A stretch of 49,112 bases of DNA from the IMG/VR virus record IMGVR_UViG_3300015050_000653, positions 1 to 49,112 of that record. The stretch is one strand, 5' to 3'. The translations under genes and the position numbers were made by a program. The notes beneath the pieces were generated by a model. The model was not told where the DNA came from. It did not search any database and saw nothing but the letters and a program-made list of their open reading frames with translations. Below are positions 35,815 to 44,440 of this stretch, in pieces (positions within the stretch are counted from its first letter, which is position 1; each line of letters begins with the position of its first letter). The stretch comes from a virus. Its lineage: Duplodnaviria > Caudoviricetes.

Positions 35815-36396
35815 ATGGCTACTCAACGGATATGCACAATTCCTGGGTGCGGCAAGAAATTCTACTCACGCAGCCTATGCAAGACCCACTACAATATTGA
35901 CTACCACAGCAGGAATTACGTTTCTAAAAGAAAACCCCGCATCAGCCCCGGCCTAGTCTTTATCAAAGAGGCCCTGTCATCCGATACTGACGACTGCATT
36001 CTATGGCCATATGCGAAGGTCAGCGGAGGCTATGGCACAACCCGCATCAGCGGAAAGAGCGTTACCACTCACCGATATGTTTGCGAGCAAACGCATGGCC
36101 AATCAAACTTATACGCGTGCCACAGGTGCGACGTCCCCGCGTGTGTGAACCCTCGGCATATTCGATGGGGAACTCCGAAAGAGAACTCATCTGACATGCG
36201 CCTTCGCGGCAGAAGTCTAACCGGTGAAAAATCTCAAGCCTCTCGGTTGACCGAGTCCAATGTGAGAGAGATCAGGAGCGCGCTTTCCAAGCCACTAAAG
36301 CGCGGAGATATCATGAAGCTTGCTAGACGCTACGACGTAGACAAAGCGACCATATGTGACATCCGCGCCGGCCGAACTTGGAACCATATTACTTGA
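35815..36396 (+). CDS. Free-standing HNH homing endonuclease
   Basis: CTIPGC...LCKTHY, CILW, GYG, HRCDVPACVNPRH...GT..EN motifs, C-terminal HTH; opposite strand; visibly AT-richer. Confidence 0.9.
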   Translation: MATQRICTIPGCGKKFYSRSLCKTHYNIDYHSRNYVSKRKPRISPGLVFIKEALSSDTDDCILWPYAKVSGGYGTTRISGKSVTTHRYVCEQTHGQSNLYACHRCDVPACVNPRHIRWGTPKENSSDMRLRGRSLTGEKSQASRLTESNVREIRSALSKPLKRGDIMKLARRYDVDKATICDIRAGRTWNHIT

Positions 36397-37687
36397 GCGG
36401 TCTGGTCGCCTTGCGCTCGCCTATGCGCTGAACAACTTCACCTAGCATCATCACCATGAAGCCGGAGAACATTTCTGTGACGATGGGATCTGAGACCGCG
36501 CCAAGCACAGCGTTCGACCCGGTCTTGAGCATCCATAGGCGACCGACGACGACGAGGAACAGGCCCCAAAATCTGCGGCTGAAGATCATCGACTTGGCCG
36601 ACTCCGACCAATCTTCCGCCTTCCGTGTTGCGTCTACGGCGCTAGTCTGCTGACCGACCGGAATCGGCGGGTCGGGAAGCTTCGGCGGAGGCAAAGGACT
36701 CACCGGCCCCGGCGGGCTTTGGGGGGCAGTTGGTACCGGGGCCGGTGACGCGGGCTTACTGCTGCCCGTGTTGGGAACTGAATGGGCAGTCGGCTCCACC
36801 TCGGGTTGGGGGTGAGATGGAGCCGCCGCCTTGGTGTCAGGGATAGACTCTGACGCCGCAGGGGTATCCAGAAGAAGCTCGTCCTCTCCAGGTAGGGGGA
36901 GCTGGACGGGGATTCCGTCTGTGGGGGCTCGCTCGATGGCCTGATCGATCGCCTTGGGCCACGGCGCCTTCAGAACGTCGCTCACATCAGGGCGCATTAT
37001 GGGAACGTCCTGACGCGCACGCTCCAGCGTTTCCTCGAGAGAGGTCGTCGCGTAAGGGTCGGGATTGCCGTTGGCGTCGAGTTCAAGCCGGACAATGTTT
37101 TCGGAGCACGCCGCTTCCCACGGCAGGTCGGAATAGACGCAAGCCTCCGCTAAACGGCGACGAAGCAGGCCACGCATCGGTACGCCGGCAGCGCGACAGT
37201 TCCTCGGAAATTGCTGCAGCGCTGACCCGTAAGAGCCAGGAGACATCTGGACGCCTTTGTCCGTGATGCCACCGTTCAGACAAGCGCGCATTGATCTCGG
37301 CACGCCGCCTTTGAGATTGAAGGCCATAGACGTCAGAGCGTCAAATTCGCCGGCTGTGACTGGTACGCTGACGGTTGCCCGCACCTTGGCTGCGGCTTCC
37401 TCAAGATCCTCCATCAGCCAAGCATCCGCCTGCGCCAACGTGCAGAAGTCACCTTCCTTGACGTCCTTGGTATGGCCGTAGCCAATCGTCCAAGGATCGC
37501 CGGGAAGCGTCTGCCAGTTTGAAGGCCGGTCCTCAGGCTTCATGCGTGAAGCACGAGCGCGCTGGCTGGCCGGATCTGGATACGCCTTTAGCGATAGCCC
37601 CTCGAACGCGGCGCAGAGGCGGAACGCCGCTTTGCCGGGAGAGCGTTCACTCGGCGGCTTGCGGACGGCGACGGGCCACGTCGTCAT
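36389..37687 (-). CDS. GH24 lysozyme endolysin with Pro-rich linker and C-terminal membrane segments
   Basis: FEG...AYPD, WTIGYGHT, FDALTSMAFN and GLLRRR.AE motifs. Confidence 0.88.
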   Translation of the reverse strand: MTTWPVAVRKPPSERSPGKAAFRLCAAFEGLSLKAYPDPASQRARASRMKPEDRPSNWQTLPGDPWTIGYGHTKDVKEGDFCTLAQADAWLMEDLEEAAAKVRATVSVPVTAGEFDALTSMAFNLKGGVPRSMRACLNGGITDKGVQMSPGSYGSALQQFPRNCRAAGVPMRGLLRRRLAEACVYSDLPWEAACSENIVRLELDANGNPDPYATTSLEETLERARQDVPIMRPDVSDVLKAPWPKAIDQAIERAPTDGIPVQLPLPGEDELLLDTPAASESIPDTKAAAPSHPQPEVEPTAHSVPNTGSSKPASPAPVPTAPQSPPGPVSPLPPPKLPDPPIPVGQQTSAVDATRKAEDWSESAKSMIFSRRFWGLFLVVVGRLWMLKTGSNAVLGAVSDPIVTEMFSGFMVMMLGEVVQRIGERKATRPLK

Positions 37688-38741
37688 TTTCCTGCTCCTC
37701 GGTTTCGTCTTCGTCGGCGTCTAGTTCGTCGTTTACGGGGTCGTCAGGCGCGTCCTCATCAAGGTCTGCCTGCGTGCCGCGCTTCTCCGCGCGTAGGTCC
37801 TCAATGGCCTTCAGCTTGCCCCTGACGCGGTTCCTGCGGGCCGTGGTCTTGCCGCCTAGGGCTCCCGCTGCTTGGGCAGTCTTGCGCTTACTGAGGGCCA
37901 TCTGGACGGCCAGAAGCGATTGAGCGCCGACAGAGCCGCAGGCTTCCAGCAGGATCACCCAGAAGATGGCGAAGATGTCCCTGAAGGTGACGCCGTCGAA
38001 GCCCGCGATGTAGCGAGCGGGAGCCTTGAACACGGCCGGCAAGGCAGGATCGCCAATGCTTGCCGCCGTCGCCGTCTGCTTGGCCGCGAGGCGTTCCGTT
38101 TCAGCCTTGGCGATAACAGCGTCTTGCGCCGCTAGTTTGGCCTCGGCGTCCGTCTGATATTTGGCGATGTTGGCTTCGTAAGTGCTGACATCATCGTTAT
38201 TTGCGCGCCCGTCATCAAGCACGAGGTTCATCGATGTGCGGGCAGCGGCGACGAGCTGGTCACGGTCCGCGCGGATCGCTGCTTTCTCGGCTGTCGCACG
38301 GGCAATGATCGTGTCCGCGCTATCGGTCGTCGCCGTCTCGGTCTGTGTGATGGCCGCGTTGCTGCGGTAGTGATAATCATTGCCCTCTGTGACAAAGCCC
38401 AGCGCTGCGATGCCGCAAGCAATGAGGCCCATCACCCAGATAAAGCGCAGCGTCCATCCGCTCTCTTTGTTGAGCTTGTTCGTCTTCAGCCAGACGATTG
38501 CGAGGCCGCCGAAGATGACGAAGGTGCGGAACACAAGGCCCGCCGCCATGAAGGACATTTCCATGCCAGGCGGGGCGAGGCTGGAGTAGAATTTAGAGTC
38601 CCAGACGTACAGCGTGACGCAGGCCAGCGTGACTGCAAACCACAGGGCGCTAAACGTGACGAAGCTGACGGTGAAGGCGGGCGCGTGATCCTTGCACCAG
38701 CGCCCCGCGCCGATCCATTCGGACTTTGTGGGCCACCTCAT
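37647..38741 (-). CDS. Multi-pass membrane protein with coiled coil
   Basis: About three N-terminal TMs, an Ala/Thr coiled coil, a further TM, then a basic and acidic tail. Confidence 0.65.
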   Translation of the reverse strand: MRWPTKSEWIGAGRWCKDHAPAFTVSFVTFSALWFAVTLACVTLYVWDSKFYSSLAPPGMEMSFMAAGLVFRTFVIFGGLAIVWLKTNKLNKESGWTLRFIWVMGLIACGIAALGFVTEGNDYHYRSNAAITQTETATTDSADTIIARATAEKAAIRADRDQLVAAARTSMNLVLDDGRANNDDVSTYEANIAKYQTDAEAKLAAQDAVIAKAETERLAAKQTATAASIGDPALPAVFKAPARYIAGFDGVTFRDIFAIFWVILLEACGSVGAQSLLAVQMALSKRKTAQAAGALGGKTTARRNRVRGKLKAIEDLRAEKRGTQADLDEDAPDDPVNDELDADEDETEEQENDDVARRRPQAAE

Positions 38742-39145
38742 GGCGCCACACCTTTGAACTCAGCCCATTTGTCTATCCCGAGCTGCAGGATGGCGAACAG
38801 GCCGATTGCCATGAACACGTAGGCAAGGGCCGGGATGCGCGCCCAGACGTTGCCCTTGTTGCTTTCCTGAAGCGTGTTCACTTCGCGCTTCTGGTGATTG
38901 AGATCGTTGGCGAGTGCGTCGAGCTTGTGCGCGATGCTGGTCAGCGTCGATTGGATTTCAGTGTTCTGGCTAGCCAGCGCGCCGAACTTGGTCCGCATCT
39001 CGGACTCTATCGCCACGACTTTTGCAACTACCTGCTCCACATCGTCTCCGTTCGCTTTGCGCTTCCGCAGCTGGTCCAGATCCTCCGAAAACTCGCGCAG
39101 CTCTCGTTTGAGCGCTTTGAGACGCTCGTTGTAATCATCGTCCAT
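38738..39145 (-). CDS. Coiled-coil protein with C-terminal TM
   Basis: Heptad-rich body; IPALAYVFMAIGLFAILQLGI helix. Confidence 0.65.
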   Translation of the reverse strand: MDDDYNERLKALKRELREFSEDLDQLRKRKANGDDVEQVVAKVVAIESEMRTKFGALASQNTEIQSTLTSIAHKLDALANDLNHQKREVNTLQESNKGNVWARIPALAYVFMAIGLFAILQLGIDKWAEFKGVAP

Positions 39146-39170
39146 TTTCCCAGCCCTTTTAGGTTTCGCC

Positions 39171-39551
39171 TTACGGCTTCAGGTCTTCCGTCAGGTTCAG
39201 CCAGTTGCCGGCCGCGAAGTTCGCAATGAGCATCGGCAAAAGCCGGATCTTCTCTTCAGGGCTCAGAGGCTCGCCGCCGCCTTCGAAGTTCTCGCCCTCG
39301 GCAATGCCGAAGCGGAACAGGATCGAGAACGCGCGCTTGCGGAAATCCTCGGCGCTCTCGTCAGCCTCGGCGTATTTCGCTAACTGGTCTGGGATCAGCG
39401 TGAAGTCGGGAACGTAGGGTGCAGCCGGCGGGTCCGGTTCATCGAACTCAAACCTCGCCTCCAGCGCTTTGACGCGCGCAAATAGTTCGTCGATATCATT
39501 GCGCGCTTGCGTGAATTCGCCCACTCTGCGCGGCGTTTCTTCCGTATCCAT
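39171..39551 (-). CDS. Hypothetical protein after the tailspike
   Basis: Start reassigned to MDTEETP (GAGG RBS). Confidence 0.55.
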   Translation of the reverse strand: MDTEETPRRVGEFTQARNDIDELFARVKALEARFEFDEPDPPAAPYVPDFTLIPDQLAKYAEADESAEDFRKRAFSILFRFGIAEGENFEGGGEPLSPEEKIRLLPMLIANFAAGNWLNLTEDLKP

Positions 39552-39561
39552 GGGGACCTCA

Positions 39562-39675
39562 ATGGAAAAGAACTTCTGGTCAGGCGGCGATGGCAAATCG
39601 AACCCGCTCGTATTGTGGCCGGCGCTTATCTTCATTGCCTTGATGATTGGCGGGCTGGTTATCAGCCCCCAATAA
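39562..39675 (+). CDS. Antisense single-TM peptide (37 aa)
   Basis: MEKNFWSGGDGKSNPLVLWPALIFIALMIGGLVISPQ; fills the intergenic gap after the tailspike. Confidence 0.4.
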   Translation: MEKNFWSGGDGKSNPLVLWPALIFIALMIGGLVISPQ

Positions 39676-42073
39676 GGGCGCCCGTGAAGGTCGAGAGCGC
39701 TCCACCCTTGATGTCCACAACCTTCGTTGCGCCCGAGACGAAAATCTGAACGTAGGCGGTGTCGCCCTCTTCCATGTCCACAAGCGCACTTATTGCGCAC
39801 CCAACGCGCGTGTTGGCGTCCGCTGGGATATCTCCGTAATCCTGCTGATAGTTCCGGTTGCTGGTGGTGATCGACAGGAAGACGCGGTCATTGCCCGCCG
39901 CCATCCCCGAAAGCGTGAGGTTGGTTGTCAGGAGATATTGACCCGTCTCCGGCGCTGTCCAAATGCCGGTCGTGGTATTGAACCCTCCCGATGGGTCGCT
40001 GACTTCCGTGTCCCAGATCACATCATAGGTCGTGCCGTCGCCGGTAACGTTGTTGATGTCGCCGGCTGATCTGGCCGAGAATGAAGCCCAGATCGGAACG
40101 CCCGTCTGGATGCCATTGAACCGCTTGTTGGTCTGGCCGAATGACTGGCAATTGACTGCGCGGTTGAGCGCGGTTGTATCGGCATCGCCAATCGCAACGT
40201 TGTTGAAAAACCCGTCGTACATGTCCTGAAACAGCGTCATTGTGTGCGTACCGCTGCCGCCCGCTAGCGTCGAGACGACATAGGCCGAATAACTTAGCCC
40301 TGCTTCCTGCGCCTCATAGGCGTCCAGCGCGTTGATGTAGGACGTCGCAATTGCCACCGTGCTGGTCGCCCGGATTGGAACGGGCCAATAATCCGTCGCC
40401 AGCGCCAGGCCGGTTGGCAGGGACCCCGACGTTGTAAAGCGGACGCGCACTCCCAAGGCGGCCTTGATCGGAGCTGCGCTGCTGACAGTCAGAAGCGTGG
40501 TCGAAGCGACGGTAACAGCCGCAGCGCCGACGTCCGAAACGGCAAGGCACTCCTTGAATTGGATGTTCTTCGGCCACGCCGTGTAGGGAGATGCCGCGCC
40601 ACTTCCGCGCTCTGCAGAGAACCCTTTGATATTGGCGGCCGTCTGCTGCTTGGACCCACCGATGTTACGAGCCGTGCAGCCAACGAAATCGCAATCCTGC
40701 GTCAGGTTGAGCGCGCCAGCCGTCGTTCCAGAGGCAAAGAACCCGTAGAGGCCGGCCGCCTCTACTTCGACGCCAATAGCCTTGCAGCCCACTGCGCTGA
40801 CCGCGAACTTAACCCCGGTGCTGTAGCAATGCCTGATGCTGCCGCCGTTGACCAGAATGTTGGAGTTGTGGCTATCGCCAGTGATATCAATCGCCTGATC
40901 CAGCCGGTATAACTGAGGATTGTTGATAACCCCTCCGCGACAACCACTGGCCGCAATTCCTCGGTTGTATCGATCACGGGAGGCGCTTGTTTGATCAGTC
41001 CGGCCGAACTTGCGGATTCGGGGCTGGTCGATCAGGAAGTCATCAGAATAAACCGCCCAGATACCCTGGATAACGTCATCGGCTTGGGCGACGTGATAGT
41101 AATAGAGATCGTGGATATAGGGCCGAACGATTGAGGCTTGCGGGGATAGCCAGACGACAATCCCGTTGCCCTCATCGTTGCCATAGACTTCGCAATCGAT
41201 GACTTTGGCGCGCGGGCACTGGTCAAGCCAGATACCGGCCTGCGTGGTGATAGCTCCGCTGCGCCCGCCGCCGAACCTGTCAATCTTCAGGTCGCGGATC
41301 TGGATATTCGACGCGCCGGTTGCGTAAACCGTCTTTGTCGTGGCGCCGGGGTTCAACTGAATGATCGTCGCGCCGTTGCCATTGACGCGCAGATCGTCAT
41401 AGCTCCAGTCAAGATTTCCGCTGACAGCGTAGGTCCGGCCACGAAGGTCAAGCGGGAGGTCGGCCGCTATCGCAGCCGCAGCAGCCGCAGCCAGTTCGTC
41501 CTTGTCGTCGGTCCCGTAAGCGTAGGTTGCGCTTGAAGCAACGGTCGTAATTGCAGCAGCGGTCAGCTCAATGGAAGTCGCTGAGTTGATCGATGCAATC
41601 GTGGTGACGTGAACCGCGCTTGCTGTGCCCGCCCCATGAATGCAGATGACCTTGCCAATATCGGCGCTGGTGAAGCTCGCAGAGGCGCTAGTGAAGGTGT
41701 TATCGGTTGCAGTCGCAACCCCGTCCGTGCCCTTGATAGCATCGCCAACGGCCCCGTAATCATCGGGGTCAACCACGCCTTCATCTGCAGCACTCGAATT
41801 ATCGTTTGCGTAATCGCGCGTGTATTTTGTCGCGCCGTCGGCGTCCTTATAGACGAGCTTGATAAGCGTTCCGCTCGGAATCCAGCGTTCGGGTATGACG
41901 CCTGCTGCATCCGCCGTCATGACGTATCCCGCTGTCGTGGTCAGCGCACGGTCGGAGTAAATCGTCAGCGGCGTAGTTGTGCCGGCGCTGTAAACCTCAA
42001 CGGTTGCGCTCGGCTCAATAGCGCCGCTGTCGTCCATCAGGCGATGGACGAGCCCCAGAATGTTGTTTGCCAT
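39662..42073 (-). CDS. Tailspike / receptor-binding protein
   Basis: Particle-binding N-terminus, DYGAVGD motif, parallel beta-helix repeats, C1q-like C-terminus (FNTTTGIWTAPETGQY). Confidence 0.85.
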   Translation of the reverse strand: MANNILGLVHRLMDDSGAIEPSATVEVYSAGTTTPLTIYSDRALTTTAGYVMTADAAGVIPERWIPSGTLIKLVYKDADGATKYTRDYANDNSSAADEGVVDPDDYGAVGDAIKGTDGVATATDNTFTSASASFTSADIGKVICIHGAGTASAVHVTTIASINSATSIELTAAAITTVASSATYAYGTDDKDELAAAAAAAIAADLPLDLRGRTYAVSGNLDWSYDDLRVNGNGATIIQLNPGATTKTVYATGASNIQIRDLKIDRFGGGRSGAITTQAGIWLDQCPRAKVIDCEVYGNDEGNGIVVWLSPQASIVRPYIHDLYYYHVAQADDVIQGIWAVYSDDFLIDQPRIRKFGRTDQTSASRDRYNRGIAASGCRGGVINNPQLYRLDQAIDITGDSHNSNILVNGGSIRHCYSTGVKFAVSAVGCKAIGVEVEAAGLYGFFASGTTAGALNLTQDCDFVGCTARNIGGSKQQTAANIKGFSAERGSGAASPYTAWPKNIQFKECLAVSDVGAAAVTVASTTLLTVSSAAPIKAALGVRVRFTTSGSLPTGLALATDYWPVPIRATSTVAIATSYINALDAYEAQEAGLSYSAYVVSTLAGGSGTHTMTLFQDMYDGFFNNVAIGDADTTALNRAVNCQSFGQTNKRFNGIQTGVPIWASFSARSAGDINNVTGDGTTYDVIWDTEVSDPSGGFNTTTGIWTAPETGQYLLTTNLTLSGMAAGNDRVFLSITTSNRNYQQDYGDIPADANTRVGCAISALVDMEEGDTAYVQIFVSGATKVVDIKGGALSTFTGALIGG

Positions 42074-42082
42074 GTGATCCCG

Positions 42083-42790
42083 CTATGCAGTCCAGGTGAC
42101 AGAAATGGTCCCAGAGAGACCGGGCGCCGTGATTTCGTTAGTCCCGCTTGTGCGCTGTATCTCAAGGCGGATATCGGATTGAGCGCTGTTGTTTGCCGCG
42201 AGAAGCGTAGTTGGAAGCGAGTCCATACCCACGACCCAGGTTGCTGCCGTGTAGAGCGTTTCGCCGCTGATCGAGCCGTATTCCTGCGGCGCGGTGTAGG
42301 TCACACCCAGAACTCCAGTCGCGAGGACATACTCCGTGCCGCCGCCTGTGAGTTCTTCGACCACGCGCCACGCGCCCGTGAAGGTCGTATCAACCGCCCC
42401 CTCATCGTCGAGGTGGCCGCTGATAGCGGTGTCTGGGGTAATCGTGACTGTGTAATCCCCGCCGGCCCCTGAAGGGGTGACAACCACCGTGCCAATGGTT
42501 GTCCACGTCGCGCCAGCGCTCACACCGCCAGAATAGGAGGTTGAGTTGGATACACCCGTCCCGCTGTTTGAACCTTGCGCAGCCGCGTCCCCGGCAATGC
42601 GCGCCGCCGTCTCTGCGGCTAGTCGGGCTGTCTGTTCTGTCGCGCCGTTGATGACGCCCTCGAGAGCGTTGAAAGCCTCACCGCCATTGCGGTCAACCAT
42701 ACTGTTCCAGGCGTTGCGAAACCATTCAACCGGCGTTCCGTCGTCGTTGATGATCTTATTACCAGCATGAAGAAAAGGAACGTTCGTCAC
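42083..42790 (-). CDS. Tail needle/plug-like structural protein
   Basis: DGTPVEWF N-terminus, short coiled coil and beta-rich C-terminus; follows the gp10-like gene. Confidence 0.55.
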   Translation of the reverse strand: MTNVPFLHAGNKIINDDGTPVEWFRNAWNSMVDRNGGEAFNALEGVINGATEQTARLAAETAARIAGDAAAQGSNSGTGVSNSTSYSGGVSAGATWTTIGTVVVTPSGAGGDYTVTITPDTAISGHLDDEGAVDTTFTGAWRVVEELTGGGTEYVLATGVLGVTYTAPQEYGSISGETLYTAATWVVGMDSLPTTLLAANNSAQSDIRLEIQRTSGTNEITAPGLSGTISVTWTA

Positions 42791-44157
42791 GAGCGCTGTC
42801 CTTCATTTATCCACGCGCCATAGATCGTCACGCCGGCAGGGTCAGTCATGCGGATTGAGATGTTCGTCGCCTCGCCCGGCGGGACCATGCCAAGGCCCCA
42901 CAGGACCGGCTTCTGATAGCGTCCGTCCGCTCCTAGCTGCAGCGTGATTTCTGATCGGCTGTCATCGCGGATCGTTCGCCCGTCAGTTGAGATTTCAACC
43001 ATGATCGATGGGTTTGAGCCCTGCCCGCTGAGTGGACGCCCGAACGCCTGAAGATCAACGCAGAGCGAGCCGATGATCTCGTCGTCACGAAAGGATGGCC
43101 GCAGGGTCGCAATGCGCTCCACCGTGTTTCCGGCATCCGTGAAAACGGTGTTGTCCAGCGTGTAGAGGACGGAGCCGCCTTCATCGACCTGAACGTCGTA
43201 TCCGTAAGCTGTGGCGTGGAATCGCGGGAGGTAGATATCCTCCTCCCAGCTTTGTTCACGATGCCAAAAGCCGGTTGTGGTGTTGAGGACAAACGCCGCT
43301 GAGCCTGGAAGGCGGACTTTGAAGAACTCATTTGAGCCGTATTGATAGGCCATGCACGTCACAAGCGCGCGGTTTGCTGCGGACAGGGCCAGCAGTTCGT
43401 CTTCCATCTCGCCATTGCGAGGAAGCGGGTTGAGAGCAAAACCGCTCATGATGTATGGCGACAGGTTGCCCCCGATCAGGAACAGCTTGTCGCCCCGGAT
43501 GGCGTAGGAATTGGCGCTTAGAATACCGTCCGACTCGTCGATCGACTGGCCGGTGATGTTGGCGAAGGGAAGCGTTGAGGACGTGGTTGCGCGGATAATC
43601 TCGATGCTGGCCGCGCCAAGCGCAAGGATCTGACCCGACAGGCGGATCATGCGGTAAATAACATCAGGCCGCTGCTCTGCAGTCGCAAAGCCCAGCGCCT
43701 CCCATGTGGTCCCGTCTAGCACGGCTGACCAGTAGAAGGTATCCGCCCCGTCTTCCGAAGCCACGAGCCGTTGAGACAGGACAAGCAGGCTAGTGGCGTT
43801 GGGCGCGTCGACATCCGCCACTTGCGTCAGGGCTGACCCGTTCCAGCGCCATGGCTTGTCCGCGCGGGCTACATAGAGATTGTCACGCAGACCGGCAAAG
43901 ACCGCATTTCCTGAGCCGCCAATTGCGCCAATAGACGTCGCCGTCCATGATGACGAAATACTGTAAAGCGTGCCCCCTGCGACGACGAACAGCGCACCGC
44001 TTCGCACGCCCGCTTCGCAATAAATGCCCTGTATCTCTGCCCCAAGGTCAACGCGCTGGACGCGGCCCGGCGTAGGCACGAGCGCGGCCCGCACAGGCTT
44101 GCCGGTCTCCGCTGGGATCGGGACGGCGAACATGTTGAGCAGGCGCAGTGGCGCCAT
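42787..44157 (-). CDS. Packaged DNA stabilisation / tail tubular protein (P22 gp10-like)
   Basis: LVPTPG, FATAEQRPD, ISTDG and WGLG motifs; true start may be ATT at 44208. Confidence 0.85.
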   Translation of the reverse strand: MAPLRLLNMFAVPIPAETGKPVRAALVPTPGRVQRVDLGAEIQGIYCEAGVRSGALFVVAGGTLYSISSSWTATSIGAIGGSGNAVFAGLRDNLYVARADKPWRWNGSALTQVADVDAPNATSLLVLSQRLVASEDGADTFYWSAVLDGTTWEALGFATAEQRPDVIYRMIRLSGQILALGAASIEIIRATTSSTLPFANITGQSIDESDGILSANSYAIRGDKLFLIGGNLSPYIMSGFALNPLPRNGEMEDELLALSAANRALVTCMAYQYGSNEFFKVRLPGSAAFVLNTTTGFWHREQSWEEDIYLPRFHATAYGYDVQVDEGGSVLYTLDNTVFTDAGNTVERIATLRPSFRDDEIIGSLCVDLQAFGRPLSGQGSNPSIMVEISTDGRTIRDDSRSEITLQLGADGRYQKPVLWGLGMVPPGEATNISIRMTDPAGVTIYGAWINEGQRS

Positions 44158-44260
44158 GCCGTACCGCTGCCGGCGGTCGGCTATCGGGACAACGGGGATG
44201 TAGGGAATAGCTGGCTCCGAACGAATGTGTTAACGTTTGCGCCTCGGTTAGGAGGCGCAG

Positions 44261-44440
44261 TTGAAGCTCTGGATTGCTGGTCTGTTGTGCTTGGTCTTCG
44301 GTGTTTACGGGTTCTTCCCGGCGTCGTTTCAGACGTGGATCATGCCGATCTGGATGAGCTTTTTCCTGATCATCTCAGGCGGCGCCATGATGCTGTTCTC
44401 AGGGGACGTTGCTACTACGCCGGATAGCATCGAGGATTAG
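44261..44440 (+). CDS. Antisense two-TM membrane protein (59 aa), not in ORF track; superinfection exclusion candidate
   Basis: AGGAGG-5 nt-TTG; MKLWIAGLLCLVFGVYGFFPASFQTWIMPIWMSFFLIISGGAMMLFSGDVATTPDSIED. Confidence 0.65.
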   Translation: MKLWIAGLLCLVFGVYGFFPASFQTWIMPIWMSFFLIISGGAMMLFSGDVATTPDSIED

